The notes under the pieces are model-generated. The model ran no database searches, was not told where the DNA came from, and saw only the letters and a list, made by a program, of their open reading frames with translations. DNA of 64,000 bases, taken from assembly GCA_964106645.2 (NCBI GenBank), contig OZ067039.1; one strand, 5' to 3'. Numbering within the stretch: the stretch's first letter is position 1; every line of letters starts with the position of its first letter. The translations under genes were made by a program, and so were the position numbers. Shown in pieces: positions 1 to 13,925 of this stretch. The DNA is from Podarcis pityusensis (taxonomy: Eukaryota).

Positions 1-2978
1 AGGCTCCACCTCATTTGTGACCTTTGCCTGGCTGGCACCCAGGAGTTTAAATTACATTAAATTAAACGTAGGTTCTGCAGTCACTGATCACGGCACATGC
101 AATTTCATTGGAGAAACGTTGCATTTAAATGGCTGGACTAAAATGAATATTAATAATGTCAACAGCAATGTGGCATCAGCATTCTGAATAATACAGAGAG
201 GCAGCCCTGCAAATTGGATTGGGCCCTGGAACCTGAATTGTCCATGTATCATGCAATAGCTGGGATACATAACAAAATACACCATTGTTTGTTGGCTAGC
301 TGGAGAGAAGAGGTCCTAGAAGCATGTATATCAAATCCTCACAACCAGTTTTTAGACTTTTGAGTGTTCAGGTTAAAGATGGCAGTCAGTGGTAATGGGC
401 TTCATTTGCTTTTGTGAAGTCCAGCAGTTTTTTATATCCCCACATTCTTATGCATGTTTATGCCTTGGTTATTGTAAGAAGAAAGGGTGGTAGAAGATCC
501 AAGAACTGAGCCCTTTCTGGGCACAAGCAAATGAGCGTTTTTTTTAAAAATGGTGGTGGGGTGTGAGTCTCTTGCTTGACTGGAAAGATTGAAGATCCAC
601 CCATTGAGGTTTAGTTCAATATTGTGAAAGAATGAATGACTACATTGTATCTTGCAACGGAAGTGATGCAGCTGGTCTGGACTGGAGAAGGCTAGCCTTC
701 CATTTATTGCTGCTATACTGAAGTCATGAATTAGCAATGCCACATTGCACACACAGGCTAGGCAATGGAGGAGCTGGAGATAAATCAGTGTGATATTCAT
801 ACTGAAAGTGAGACATTGCGCTTTAGGAGCATCCTTGCTATAAGGTGCACTGGTGATTGTGAACTCCTATATGTGAATCCTCGTAGTGTATGAGAAGATG
901 CTGGCTCATATGTGGCTGCTGCTGGAAGGAGCTACTGCCTAGTACATTTTCAGGAGTGTTGTTTCTCTTTCTTTCTCCCTACAGTTTTCACCAAAGCCCC
1001 TTGGGAAGAAGCCTGAAGCCTGAAGTCTGTATCATTGGTTTAATTCTCCTAGACACTATTTGAGATTTCAGATGGTTGAACATATGGGATTAAGATTTAT
1101 GATTCAGTGGAGTGAGGATGCTTCCCCAAACTGGGAAGTGTGGTTGCAGAGTCAAAATCAGAAACGGGGGCCTGTGACCTACAATCTGTCAGCCCCAGCT
1201 AGCATGGTCAATAGCATAGGAAGATAGGAGCTGTAGGCCGAGCACATTTGGTCTAAAGTGATCATGACAGTCTGTAGCAGGGTTTGCCCCATACGTGTGT
1301 GTGTTTTCATGGTGCTAAGTATAATCCAGACTAAAGCTGTTGGGTTGGAAGAAAGATCTCTTAACTTTATTTCCCCTATTAGCAAAACCCTGTCGTTCCA
1401 AGTGGGCAGGAAGTAGCAAGTGTTCTTCCTGTCCATCATGGTTTCACATTGGTTGTTTTTTTCACAGGGAGCAGGCAGAATCTCTCTGGTGTCTCCTTCC
1501 TGGGAATTGCTCTTTTCTGACTTCTGGGGAACTAAAGACTGTCAAGAGAAATGGGAGTCTATAAATTCAGTGAACTTTGTCACTTTCTTTAGGGCTGGCA
1601 TTTATTTTGTCCTACTACAAAAATCAAGGCCAAAATGGAGGTGCCTTCGGAAGTGAAACATCTGAAAGGCTGATCTAGGTGAGTCTAAAGAATTGTGATA
1701 AGTTTAATAAGCAGAAAGCAGTGGGGGGAAAGCAATAGGTTATCACACACCTCTGTTAGAGCTGGTGGTAAGTTTTGCACTAGGGCAGGGGCAACGGTCA
1801 TAGATTTATATTTCCCTCCTCAGAGGAATTTTATGGGGGAGCCATAAATCAAAAAGGGTTGCTGCACTTGTCATTATTTCATTGTATTACCCACCCTCAT
1901 CACCCTAAGGTCCCATGTAGATACTATTCTATCCCCTGCTGCAGTTTATTATTTAGAGCAAGCATGGGGAGCCTGTGCCCCTCTAATATCACTGGATTAA
2001 AGCTCCTATCATCCTTGACCACTGGCCATGCTGTCTGAGGCTGAAGGAAACTGAACTCTAGCATCTGGATGGCCCTGGGTTCCCCATCCTTGATTTAGAG
2101 AGGTGAAAGGAAGGGGAAGAGAAAGGTCAGGAAGTCAGATGCACTATGATAATAATACTTTGTCTTCCCAATTCCCAGGCTTTTGCATAAGCCCTACACC
2201 ACACTTTTTATACCAGCGTTGTGCCTGGTTTCATGGCAGTGTGTTCTGCAGATTTGTGTGGAAGCACTGAACACTCAGTTTAGGGCAAAATGGCAAATCT
2301 AAATGTGAAGAAAGAGAAGACACAACAGTTTCTTTGCCTGTGGTGTGACTCTGACTCCAGTTTGCTTGGCAGAAATAACATTGGATTAATCGGTCAGCTG
2401 CCTGCCTCTCCCCATTGCATTGAGTGGGCTTTCCAATTTTTATTTTATGTACTCATATTAATTTATATATTAACAGTCCACCTTTTTTTTAAAAAAAAGG
2501 AACTTTTTAATTGCATTTGCAAGGCTGCTTTGGGAACTGAATATGGTGGTGTAATGGTGATGTCATGAGTGATAGTTAATCAGCACCACCCACTGCCAGC
2601 TTCTGCTGCAAGCATGCAGAGCCATTTTCAGTCCAGTGTTTGATCCTGGAAAGGGGGGGATGTTTGTAGTGGCTGCAATGAGGGTACTCCAAATCAGCTC
2701 CATTGTTAACTGTAAATGTTGTGTCTGCATCCTAAATGCAAAAACCACGAAGAAACTTGGAGCTGCACTTTAGGAATGGGGACCTGTCTGAAAGCCCATA
2801 AACCAACACAACTAAAATATATTTGTGCTCAGAAGAATGTGGTATGACTGCCCATGAAACTAGTCTGATCATAGTAGAGCAAGTAAACTCCTTTTCACAG
2901 TATTAATTCTACTGATGTCACACCATCTCCACAAAGGATCGTATTCCTTTAATCCATGAGGGGATTCATCTTCTTGGG

Positions 2979-3974
2979 TTATTCACTGAATATTGCATTG
3001 AGCTGGGCCCCAACCACATGATGAGGATAGGAGTCATAGCTCATATCTATGGGGATGTCATACCTGGGCACTGAGGTTGAGAAATGAGAGCTGTGCCCAT
3101 GAGTGCTGCTCAAGCTAACAGATGGGTAGTGGGTCATGAAGCTGTATGATTTTTCCAGGTCTGGAGAACCATCTTGCTTTAGGGAGAAATTTCCACTGAT
3201 GCTCAGGGGAGGTGTCAAGGGGCCCTCATATGCCGGAGATGTGCAGTCTTGGTGGTGGTTGCCAAAGGACGGATCCACAAGGCTTTTGAATGTGGGAGGC
3301 TTTAGGTGTACAAGGTGGGCCTCCATGTTTCCGTACGGTGGACTGGGCAGCCCAGGAGACTGGTAAGAAAAACTGTGGCTGGGCACAGCTGAGTCAGAGA
3401 CAGGGCTTTTCTCCTCATGTTTCTCCAAGAACAGGGTTTGAGGTCCCAGCTGCAGGCAGCCAGCCACCAAGTTGCTGGTTGGTTGGGACAAACCTTTACA
3501 TAGCATCTCGACAAAACCTTTCCCTTCTGGAGTCTGCCCACTTTCCAGGACCTCTGACAAAGCCCATATATAGTTCCTGGCAAGTCTGAGTGTCTCAATT
3601 TTGGACAACTTCTGTGTCTTGGAGTAGCAGGGCATCACCTGCCTAAGGTTATCCAGAGCATCATTGAGCCCATGCATCCGTGTTCGCTCCCGGGCATTAG
3701 CCTTCACCCGGCGGGCCCTGAACCTCTCCATTCTTGCCTTGGTCATCTTCTTCTTCTTTGGGCCCCTTCTTTTTGGCTTCCCACCATCTTCCTCCTCCTC
3801 CTCCTCCTCCTCAATACTGTCATGCTCTTCATTAAGTCCAGCAAGTATCCCATAGGAGGCTTGCCTGCTATCTTCTTCCTTCATCTCATCTTGGGAGCTT
3901 AGGGCTTCATCTATCCATGGTTGAGATGATATGAGCTCGGCCATTTCTTTGGACTTGCTGTAGAGTTTGCTCAT
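2979..3974 (-). CDS. NEUROD4: Neurogenic differentiation factor 4 (bHLH transcription factor), single coding exon, 331 aa
   Basis: Acidic tract, basic region and bHLH ([57 protein letters not shown]), NeuroD C-terminal domain, ends QLNAIFSE. The likely start is the ATG at 3974, just after an acceptor ttttttccag (exon starts 3983); the ORF-track extension to 4037 is intronic. Confidence 0.96.
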   Translation of the reverse strand: MSKLYSKSKEMAELISSQPWIDEALSSQDEMKEEDSRQASYGILAGLNEEHDSIEEEEEEEEDGGKPKRRGPKKKKMTKARMERFRARRVKANARERTRMHGLNDALDNLRQVMPCYSKTQKLSKIETLRLARNYIWALSEVLESGQTPEGKGFVEMLCKGLSQPTSNLVAGCLQLGPQTLFLEKHEEKSPVSDSAVPSHSFSYQSPGLPSPPYGNMEAHLVHLKPPTFKSLVDPSFGNHHQDCTSPAYEGPLTPPLSISGNFSLKQDGSPDLEKSYSFMTHYPSVSLSSTHGHSSHFSTSVPRYDIPIDMSYDSYPHHVVGAQLNAIFSE

Positions 3975-5007
3975 CCCTTGACCCTGGAAAAAACAGCAAC
4001 CACAAATCCAAATGAATTCAGGAATGAGCAGGTCCACAAGATGACTTTATCATTTTATATAAAGAGGTATGACCCAGGAAGTTATGTTCTACCATTCTGT
4101 TCTAGCCTGTGGTGCTTGTATGCAATGTCAGTCATACACAGTGCAGAACCATTGAAATTAGTGGACAGAAGTAACTTAGGTCAATTAATTTTAATGGGTA
4201 TACTCTGAATAAAAATTTGATGGAGACAACCTTGTCTATTTAGCATATTGTACAGCTTAACCCTGACCTTTTTCTAATCTTCCTATAGCTTTTTATCTGG
4301 AAGCAGGGGTTGGGAACCTGTGGCCCTCCAGATGTTATTGGACTCTCATCAGCCTATGCTCTCAGTGTGGCCTATAGTCAGGACTGGTGGCAGTTGTAGT
4401 CTCATAACATATGGAGGGCCACAGGCTCACCATCCCTGCCATAAACATAGACCTGCACAGCTTGCAAATGCACAAAACCAAAAGAAGCCCACTAGCCTGA
4501 TGGGTGCTTGATACATCACCCCTTCGTGTTTTTTAACTTTTGGGTAGGAAGCAAATGAAGACGGTTTACAAGCCCTGGTGGGGAGACCATACTGGTTGGT
4601 CATAGGCTGCACTGGTCTGAAACAGATGATCAGAATATTTCCTTTAGGGGTGAGAGAAGATTAGATCCACAATTATACCTTGTAAGCTGAGTTCCATGCA
4701 AGCAAATGAAAAAATGCCATAGGCCACATAACAGATTTGTATGGAAAAGCTAATTGGAGTTGTCACCAAATTTTACCAAAAATAAAATCAGATGCTAATT
4801 GGGGTGAGGGGCATCTTCATTCACAGAAACATCTGTAAGGACTTGGAGAGGAAGTTAAAATATATTAAATAATAAAATAGGAATCTCTCTGAGTTTTCAT
4901 AATCACAACACTCTGCTACTCTGAGCATAGTGAGAAGGTGGGATAAAAATCTAAACCTAAAGGTCCCGATTCAACTAAAGTTAATAATCATTCCTTAAAT
5001 AGAAGAT

Positions 5008-5254
5008 GCAGTCATACTTCGGGTTACAGACGCTTCAGGTTGCGTTTTTTCGGGTTACGGACCGCCGAAACCCAGAAGTACCGGAACGGGTTACTTCCAG
5101 TTTTCGGCGGTCACGCATGCACAGAAGCACTAAATTGCACCTTGCGCATGCACAGAAGAGCCGAATCGCAACCCACAAGTGCGCAGACGTACCCCTGTGG
5201 GTTGCGAACATGCATCCCGCACAGATCACGTTCGCAACCTGAGCGTCCACTGTA
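5008..5254. mobile_element. Tc1/mariner (Tigger-like) MITE
   Basis: CpG-rich, imperfect TIRs ending ...GCAACCTGAGCGTCCACTG-TA. Confidence 0.75.
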
Positions 5255-7128
5255 CATAGAATCCAATAGAACAAATTAGTTGAGATTCAATTTAAACCCA
5301 ATTGTTTTTAATGGAACTTACTAAGTTTGGTTGGACATTTTTAGTGATGGAGTCTTAGCTTCATAATTTATTTATCAGATGTCTGTCCTATCATCTATCT
5401 ATCCATCTCTGTTGTTTGAATTTTGAGGCAGAATTTCACATTTCAAATACAGGGACCTACAGCAAAATGTTGTGGTGCAGATTGATCCTACTCAGGGTAG
5501 GAGTCAGCCTCTGGTGAATAATGAATGCTACGACAACACTACAGAGAAAGAACAGGAAAAAACAACAGCCTGGGTTTCATGATAATCAACTGCTTGTCAG
5601 CTTGACGTACTCATTTAATAAAGCTTAATGTGTAAGCAGCTTTGTTGAAAATGTGCCATCCAACTAATCGGTCAACTGGCCGTCGCCTCATCCAGTGTAG
5701 CAAATCCTACTTTTAATATGCCTGATGGGACTTGTATAATGGATTAAAGTGTTAATTGTTGTGCAAATGGGTAGTGTGTCCCATAGGCTCCAAGCAGACC
5801 CTAATTACGTTTTAGTAAGTAATTAGAATGTAGCAAACCTAGCCTTACCCTGGAACACATGTGGGCCAGATACTTGCATGCACCTGATCTGTGACAGCGG
5901 GAGGCCCTGCTCCTAGGGGTGCAGTGCAGTGTTGTGGGGCAAGCATTGAACTAGGCCTGGGGAGATGCAGGTGCAAACCCCCACCCAGCCACAAGGCTTA
6001 CTGGGTAAATATGGGCCAGTCACTGTCTCTTGACAAGAGAGAACAACTTGGGATCCAGCAAGTGAATGCAGCTCCTTTGATGGCTCTCGATAACTTCAAT
6101 GAATGTCACCCTTTTTGCTGCCTACACAGAACTGAAAAACAAGCAAGGAGGCTAAGAAACCCTTAGTAAGTCACCGTACATGGCTAGTGTACTGTCTCTG
6201 GTTTGGTGGGTCACACAAGGTGTGCAAATCTGCAGGCTGCTGTTGAGTATGGTGGTGGTTGACCTGCTGGGTACAAGTGAGACTGCTCAGGCATTGGCTG
6301 CAAGCTGAACCCTGGGCTGGGTTGTGGTGGGGGCTTAACAGATCAGGCGGGTCAGCATCACATCTACAGCCCTGCTGCTCATACTGTCCAGGGTGGAAGG
6401 TACCAGAGGGAGGGGCAGGCAAATTGCTGTGCTGACCTGAAGCTGGTGCAGTGACTGGGCCTGGGCTGGGCCCGCTGCTGTCACACCCGGGTGAGGAAAA
6501 TGTCCTTCGGATATGACACACACTACTCTGCCGGAGCTTAAGGACAACTTCTGTTTCCTTCTACCAATGCCATATAGCTTTGTGAAATGATCTAGAAATG
6601 ATGAAAGCTTAAATCTCAATGATCTTTGGATGAGCTGAAAGTGTAGGCTCCCACTCTCTCACAAAAACTGTCATTGGCAGGCCGGTGAGTGGGGGGGTCC
6701 TCTAGCACTTTTTTTCAGAATTACATGTGAAAGGGCTACAAAAGTGTTTAGTTGTTAGAATGATCCCTGGTTGGCTAGAATTTCTTATATATAGCTGGCA
6801 TTGCCCTCATTCAAAATGGCTCCCTTTCCATTGTGACACCACCAGCAAAATAATATGGGTAATGCTGTGTAGTGACATCATCACATCCAGTTATGTGATC
6901 CAGGATTGACTGAGATTCCTTGAGAAGAAAGGAAATAGGAGGGAAATGGTACTGGAAGCAACAGCACAAGGGGTACTAGTGATTGTGACAAACAGCTGTG
7001 AACAGGCACAACAAATTGTAGGACTAAAATACAACTTTAAAGGTAAAAAACAAATGACTAGCTCTTTCAGCTCAGCTCTAAAATATTCACCATTTTAACT
7101 GAGAACAGAGCAAGACACAATGACCAGG

Positions 7129-9133
7129 TTGGTTGCAACTCATGACAAAAAGGTATTTCTAAATATATTTGGCAAGTGGAAAAATCAAAATAAAACATAA
7201 AATATTTATGGATGCAAAAGAAAGAGGAGATTTTCCCCTGCCAGATATGAGACCATAGTATGAGGCATCCTGTCTTTGTTGGTTAAAGGAATGGATGACT
7301 TTAGAGAATTCACATATTCTAGACTTAGAAGATCACGACAATATTTTTGGTTGGCACGCTTATTTATGGTATGAAAAGGTGAAAGTTCATAAAAGATTTA
7401 CAAATCATATAATTAGGAAAAAATTGTAGAGTATGGGATAAATCCAAGAATTTATTAAAAACACCACTTTGGTTCTCATCACTGAAAGCTATAGTGGTAA
7501 AGAAAAAGAATATGATAGAAGGGAGGGGAACTTACAGAAATTTATTAAAACAAGAGGGAAGAGAGTATAAATTAAAAGAATTAAAAGAATTATAAGGAAA
7601 GTTACCAGCATGGATACACTATCATCATTTGAATGAAGTATTTAAGAAAGATAGGATACGAGGGTTTTGGGAACAAATATCACAATTGGAGAGAGACCTG
7701 ATGGAATGGAATGTAAAAGTGCTGTCTAAAATATTATTGGAATGGGAGACAAAGGATGAGCAAGTAAAATCCTCAATGATACATTGGGAATAGATATTGG
7801 TCATAATATAGGCATGGAAGCATGGGAACGATTGTGGAATATGGATATAAAATTTACAGCATGTTATGGTCTAAGAGAAAAATATATGAAAATGATATAT
7901 CAATGGTATCTAACACTGAGTAAATTGGCAAAAATGTATAAATCTAAATCAAATGTATAAATCTAAAATCTATAGCACAGAATGAACTCAGGCTTGCTAG
8001 AGAGGTTAAAAGCAACAGTTCAAGAAGGACACTGACAAACTGGAACATGTCCAGAGGAGGGCAACCAAAATGGTCAAAGGCCTGGAAACGATGCCTTATG
8101 AGGAACGGCTAAGGGAGCTGGGCATGTTTAGCCTGGAGAAGAGGAGGTTAAGGGGTGATATGATAGCCATGTTCAAATATATAAAAGGATGTCACATAGA
8201 GGAGGGAGAAAGGTTGTTTTCTGCTGCTCCAGAGAAGCGGACACGGAGCAATAGATCCAAACTACAAGAAAGAAGATTCCACCTAAACATTAGGAAGAAC
8301 TTCCTGACAGTAAGAGCTGTTCGACAGTGGAATTTGCTGCCAAGGAGTGTGGTGGAGTCTCCTTCTTTGGGGGTCTTTAAGCAGAGGCTTGACAACCATA
8401 TGTCAGGAGTGCTCTGATGGTGTTTCCTGCTTGGCAGGGGGTTGGACTCGATGACCCTTGTGGTCTCTTCCCACTCTATGATTCTATGAAATAAGTGTTG
8501 GAAATGTAAAGAGAAAGAAGGTTCTTTTTATCATATGTGGTGGTCTTGCAGTAAGGTTAAAGCTTACTAGAAAATGATATATAATGATATGAAAGGGATG
8601 TTTAAAATAATGTTTGTAAAAAAAACCCCAGAAGCTTTCCTTTTGGGAATTATAGGGACAGAACTACCTAAACTGTATAGAAACTTATTTACGTATGCAA
8701 CTACAGCGGCAAGAATGTTTCTCACCCAAAAATGGAAAGAAGCAGAAGTCCTAGCAAAGGAAGAATGGATACAAAAACTTATGGAATATGCAGAAATGGC
8801 GAAACTTACCAGAGGAGTAAGAAATCAAGATAAACTTTTTATAAAAGAATGGAAATGGTTTATTGAATATTTATAGATAAATTCTAAACACATAAGAACA
8901 TTGGCAGGATTATTGTAATAGCATGCAGTTTTACAGGAGTATATATTTAAAGCAGATGAATAAATGAGCAAATTAAGTTAATTTGGATATGCAGAAGATA
9001 TTAAAGTAAATTTTAGGAACTGCAGAAAGAGGGGGAAGGATGTCAAGTTTTGAAATGTTAAAATGATTGTAAAATTAGTGAAATTATAAATCTGAAAAGT
9101 ATCATTTTTAATGATGATGATGATGATGATGAT
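7129..9133 (+). mobile_element. L1/Tx1-type LINE 3' portion, degenerate, with 15-bp TSD
   Basis: ORF2 C-terminus (KCWKCKEKEGSFYHMWWSC...TTAARMFLTQKWK), (ATG)n tail, TSD GACACAATGACCAGG at 7114-7128 and 9134-9148. Confidence 0.88.
7974..8488 (+). mobile_element. CR1 3' fragment nested in the L1
   Basis: Near-identical to 57470-57950; ATTCTATG tail. Confidence 0.93.
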
Positions 9134-10681
9134 GACACAATGACCAGGAGTCAAATAGCCATGCTACAATAGCCCAGTAGGATGCTTGACTACTTGCAAT
9201 GAACAGCAGAACACTGTGATCTATCACAAAGTGGTTATCAAGTCCCCTCAATTTCAGAAGTGATTTACTACATAGCACGAGAGGATGCTTTTTGACAAAC
9301 AGAAACACAAATCCTCCTTGATTATGTGATTCTTTGGATTCAGCCAAATGGGTCACAATTTATGCGCATACAGATTTAAGAATAGCATTAAGAGAAACAG
9401 AAAGAAACTCTGCTAACTTAACATCTGCTAACCTGAATCTGCTTGGAGTAAAAATGTGTATTCTCTTAGTCTCTCTCCCACACATATAATTCCCATTCAT
9501 AAATTTTATTTTATAAATTTTAGGGCTTATGAAAGTGCAAAATAATTTTATTTGACAGGGTAAAACTTTATGCTGTTGCTTCAAAATTCAACACAATTAA
9601 ATGAGTATTTCTATTTTTTAATAACCTTCTTTACTGAATTTAAAAAACCAAATTTGAACAAGCAACAAATGTATTAGGTTTCTTTTAAGATTAAAACCCA
9701 CTGCAAATTCTTGCTAAATTTCAAATATGAACCAAATGTCATCCCATTTATATAGAAAATATGGTTATGCAATTGGTTATTCATGTGCATTTTATTATTA
9801 TTACTATTATTATTATTATGGAAACAATCCAATAATTAGGATCTGCTTTCAGATAGGGACTGTACTAGATAGTATTCAAGGTACTTCCTGATTTCTCAAT
9901 AACATGTACCTAAAAGTTTGTGTCTGGAATTCTGGGCCATTCAGCACATTATGGTGACATTTATCACAGGCTTTGCCGATAAAATATTGTTGATTAGAGC
10001 TTGGTCTTCCACCCCTACCCTGCTGCCCCACTAGGGTTCGACCCTGCAATAAATATATGGATGGAGCAAATCTGTCCAGGTGAAAGAACCTTTACGAGCA
10101 AAGCACTCCCCTACCCCTGGTATGATTCCTCTCTCTCTCTTCCCAAAGCAATGGGATGGAAGGGTTGGCACATCTGGTTAATATTCCTTGACAAGCTGTC
10201 TCTCAATGCACTTGGGGAAGTCTCGGGTAAAGCAGAGCCAGAAGGGGCACAGCCAAGGGGCACAGAAAAAAAGATAATGTTTCCGCATTTGAAATAGCCA
10301 TGGGGCCACCAGATATCTGGTTCCAGCTGCATACACACCATACATTGAAAGTCCCCCCCCTCCAAGAATCCTGGGTACTGTAGTTTGTTAAGGGTGCAGG
10401 AAATTGTGGCTCTAGGGGAGTAAAATACAGTTCCCAGGATTCTTTGAGATTAAAAAATGTGCTTTAAATGTATGGTGTGTATACATCCATATTCTACATT
10501 AGTTTTTCTTTTTATAGATCATAATAGGACCTTCCACACACATACACACACTTATATGTATCATTGTTCCACACATTTCATTTATTCTTATCGGCTTCCA
10601 AATAAATGGGGCATGTTTGGCTTACTAAACAGAGCAAGGGACCACACAGAGTGGCTGGGGCAACCCAGCCAGATGGGCAGG

Positions 10682-10683
<2 letters not shown>

Positions 10684-10719
<36 letters not shown>
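10684..10719. repeat. (AAT)n microsatellite
   Basis: Direct reading. Confidence 0.97.
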
Positions 10720-10720
<1 letters not shown>

Positions 10721-12326
10721 AGTTGCCAAAAATATACAGGAAGAGGAAAGACAAATGTCAAAGATGTAAAATGACTTGTCCTCCTAAGGCAAACCATTGG
10801 TCCATCTATCCCAGTATTACTGACTGATAGCTGCTGTCCAAAGTTTTAGCAAGTGGTACTGGGACCTGAAGCTAGGATTTTCAGTGTGCAAAGCCTGATT
10901 TCTGTTGCAGAGGTATAGCTATTCTCCAGTGCTTAGAAGCAAAAGCAGTGGATTCATGAATTTGCAATAAATTTAAGCAGGATGGGGGGGGGCTCTTTAG
11001 AGGGATGGAATGGAATAACAAGCTGCTCATGGAACAAACAAGATGCTTTACCTCTCAAAGGGAGATTGCAAATATATATGTCAGCGCAATTGCAATGCAT
11101 GGAGCTGTACACTAATCAGTGTTAGACTTATAATTTGCCTAACACTTATTGTGGGTTACATTACGTTTTCACACGTCTTCAAAACAAGCCTTCAAAGGAA
11201 AGCATCAGAATTTGTAGTTTTAGGGATGACCATAACAGCAGCTTCCCCAAAGTCCCCCAGTAAAGGTCATGAGTTGGGATATGAATCTAAATTCCCACAG
11301 AATGAATTCCAGAGCTTTCTAATGGGTCACTAGCTCTGGCTTAGATAAACAGTCCTAAACTCATCCGCTTCCCATGGATGAATTAATCTCAAATTCCAAA
11401 TTATCAAGTCTATGTGGAGAACTATTAATACAAATCAGAACCACCTGTTCTACACTTGTATCACATATGTAAAAAGTCACACCTTTTGTCCAGGAATGAT
11501 ACATTTCCTTCTGTTCTCATAGATTCTCATTCAGATTTAATTGCACATTCTTTCCACTCACCCACAAGCACTGAAAAACATGCAGAAACTCACTCATCTA
11601 TCATTGTTAATCACCTTGACTGTGCATTAATGCCCAAGCAGACAACCAAAATACACAGTGTGAGCATTCTCTCACCTCCAGGTAGTTTGACTATCTGTAC
11701 TACCTTACCACATATTAGATGTAGGTGCATGGTTAGAATCTGTGGTTCAAACAGCCACCAGTTCCCACCCCTAAATGGTGCGCACTGAACTGAAAATGTG
11801 CCGAGGGAGGTAAATAATATGTACAAAGTGATTTTAATTATGTACCTTGTAGACTGGAAGACAGCTCAAGCATAATCTTGGGGTAATGCTCAAACTGATT
11901 AATTACACTTTCCTGAACTCTTAACCCTATTTCGTACCGATAATTAACATGAATAAAGACTTTAATCACACCTGGCTTACACAAACTTACTTTTGCACGT
12001 GGAATTGAGGGTTCTAGATGGGAACAAATTTGTGAGTTCAGATTCAGACCTGTAGGCCGTAACTTAAGGAAAAGAACATACAATTTCAGTTTGCACCACC
12101 CTTTTAGTCAGAAGGAAATGCCTTTTAAAAAAACAAAAAAGCAGTATTTGGCAAATGACTCCCAGCCCCTCTTACCGTGCTAAAGGGTAGCCTTTTGACC
12201 ACCTCCCGCTTGCTCCTTGTTGACAACAGAAGCCAACAAAAGTTTCTTGAGTGTTCAGTGTTCCTCGAACATTCTTCCACAGCGGTAGGACCTTTCAGCA
12301 CCAGAGGCCGGGGACAGCTCCCTCAC

Positions 12327-13000
12327 CTCCGCTATAGGAAAAGAGCCTCTGTCTTTAGTCCCGGGTTGCCTTCGAGCCTTTCCCGGTCTCTCTTTTCTCC
12401 CACCCACTGGCGCAGGCTGGCGCTAGAAAACACAAAATAACAGGCTCTCCTCTGGGTCACGGCTGTCGACCCTATGCCTCTCTGTTCGCTGGGTTTTCAG
12501 CGCGGTCTCGGCACTTAGAAGGGGTTCAGGAACTTTCCTCTGCTGCTTCCTCTTCCAGAACCACAAGTTCTCCGGGCAGCTCCTCCTCTTGCTTCTGGAG
12601 AACTCCTCGGGATCCCGACACTTTTGAAAAGCTTTCTGGTGTTGGCGATTTCCGCTTGACTGGAACCTCCGGGAGCTCCTCCCACTTGGGGTAGAGAAAA
12701 GAGAGTGCAAAGCAGCAAGGACGCCTGCACTGGACGTCTGCAAGGAAAGTTTTCTAGTCTGCTTCCTTTCCCTCCCTTTAGTTTCTGGAACCCCAGCCAG
12801 CGCTGAATTTCTGAAATAAAAGGTTTAGCATCCCACCTCCCAGAAAACTACAGAGCTTGACATCAAAGCACCCGCTTTCCCATCTCTGCCATCTCAGATG
12901 CAGGGCAGAAGTAGCTGTGGCTTCTTGGGGCATGTGTGCGCATGAAGAGAAAACCTGCACATGTTCCGAGGCCGTTATGTAGATATATTGCGGAGTTAAA
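12327..13000 (-). promoter_or_regulatory. NEUROD4: Probable NEUROD4 non-coding first exon and promoter
   Basis: CpG-richer, repeat-free segment ending in a donor GGAG|gtgagg (exon end 12327), ~8.3 kb above the coding-exon acceptor; CAGATG E-box near 12895. NeuroD genes typically have a non-coding exon 1. The 5' boundary is approximate. Confidence 0.5.
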
Positions 13001-13715
13001 GCTTTCTTTAACACCCTAGCTCAGATTAAGCCTTGTTAGCAGAGGGGGAGGAAGGACGATGCTAACACCACTTAAGGCATTTAAAATCCTACTATGTGGG
13101 AAATGATGTTTAGTTTCTAAAATGAGAGGCGATGCCTTGTAAGCCCTGACTGCTGTGGGCATTTTATTGCAGCCATTCAGTGCTGAGGACTCTGTACCTG
13201 AACACAAGAAGGGCCCTGCTGGATCAGACCAAAGGCACTTCTAGTTTCCCAAAGTGGTTATCCATATGTCTCTGGAGAGTCTTCAAGAAGGACCACTTGT
13301 CATTCCCAGCAAGTGGCAACCATAGGCATATTGCCTCTGGCTCTGGAGGTAATATATAGCAGTCATTACTAGGAGACATTGATTGCCTTACTTCCATGCT
13401 CATCCATGCTCAAATGTACAAACTTTACCATTATTTCATGCCTAAGAAGGCCAAGCTCAGCTACCAGGGGACAAGCAAAGCCCCAGTGAGCCTTGTCTCA
13501 AATTAAGTCCTGCTGTGACAAGGCTAAATGTCATGTTTGGCATGAAACCTATCTTGTCTTATATGCATGCATGCTCACACGTGTTGGTAGTTTCCTAGAG
13601 TATGTGATGATAAATGCAAACAGATGACAAAAAACTAAAATTAAATTGATAAAAATACAAAATGTTAAAAATTCCACTCACTTCTGTTCACCCACCTCTA
13701 TCCAGTTCTAAATGC

Positions 13716-13925
13716 AGGTAAGTAGCTGTGTTAGTCTGACACAGTTGAAATATATATTAAAAAAAATTTAAAATGTCCAGTAGCACCTTAGAGACCAACT
13801 AAGTTTGATCTTGGTATAAGCTTTTGTGTGTATCTGAAGAAGTGTGCATGCACATGAAAGCTTATACCAAGAACAAACTTAGTTGGTCTCTAAGGTGCTA
13901 CTGGACAATTTTTTAATTTTTTTAT
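13716..13925. mobile_element. Penelope-like inverted terminal pair (hairpin)
   Basis: GTCCAGTAGCACCTTAGAGACCAACTAAGTTTG...CAAACTTAGTTGGTCTCTAAGGTGCTACTGGAC inverted repeat. Confidence 0.78.

Noticed and set aside
3975-4037. N-terminal extension of the NEUROD4 ORF (MDLLIPEF...)
   Set aside because: Runs across the splice acceptor into the intron; the ATG at 3974 gives the expected 331 aa.
6171-6619. GC-rich ORFs in the NEUROD4 intron (possible retrocopy)
   Set aside because: No recognisable protein, poly-A or TSD.
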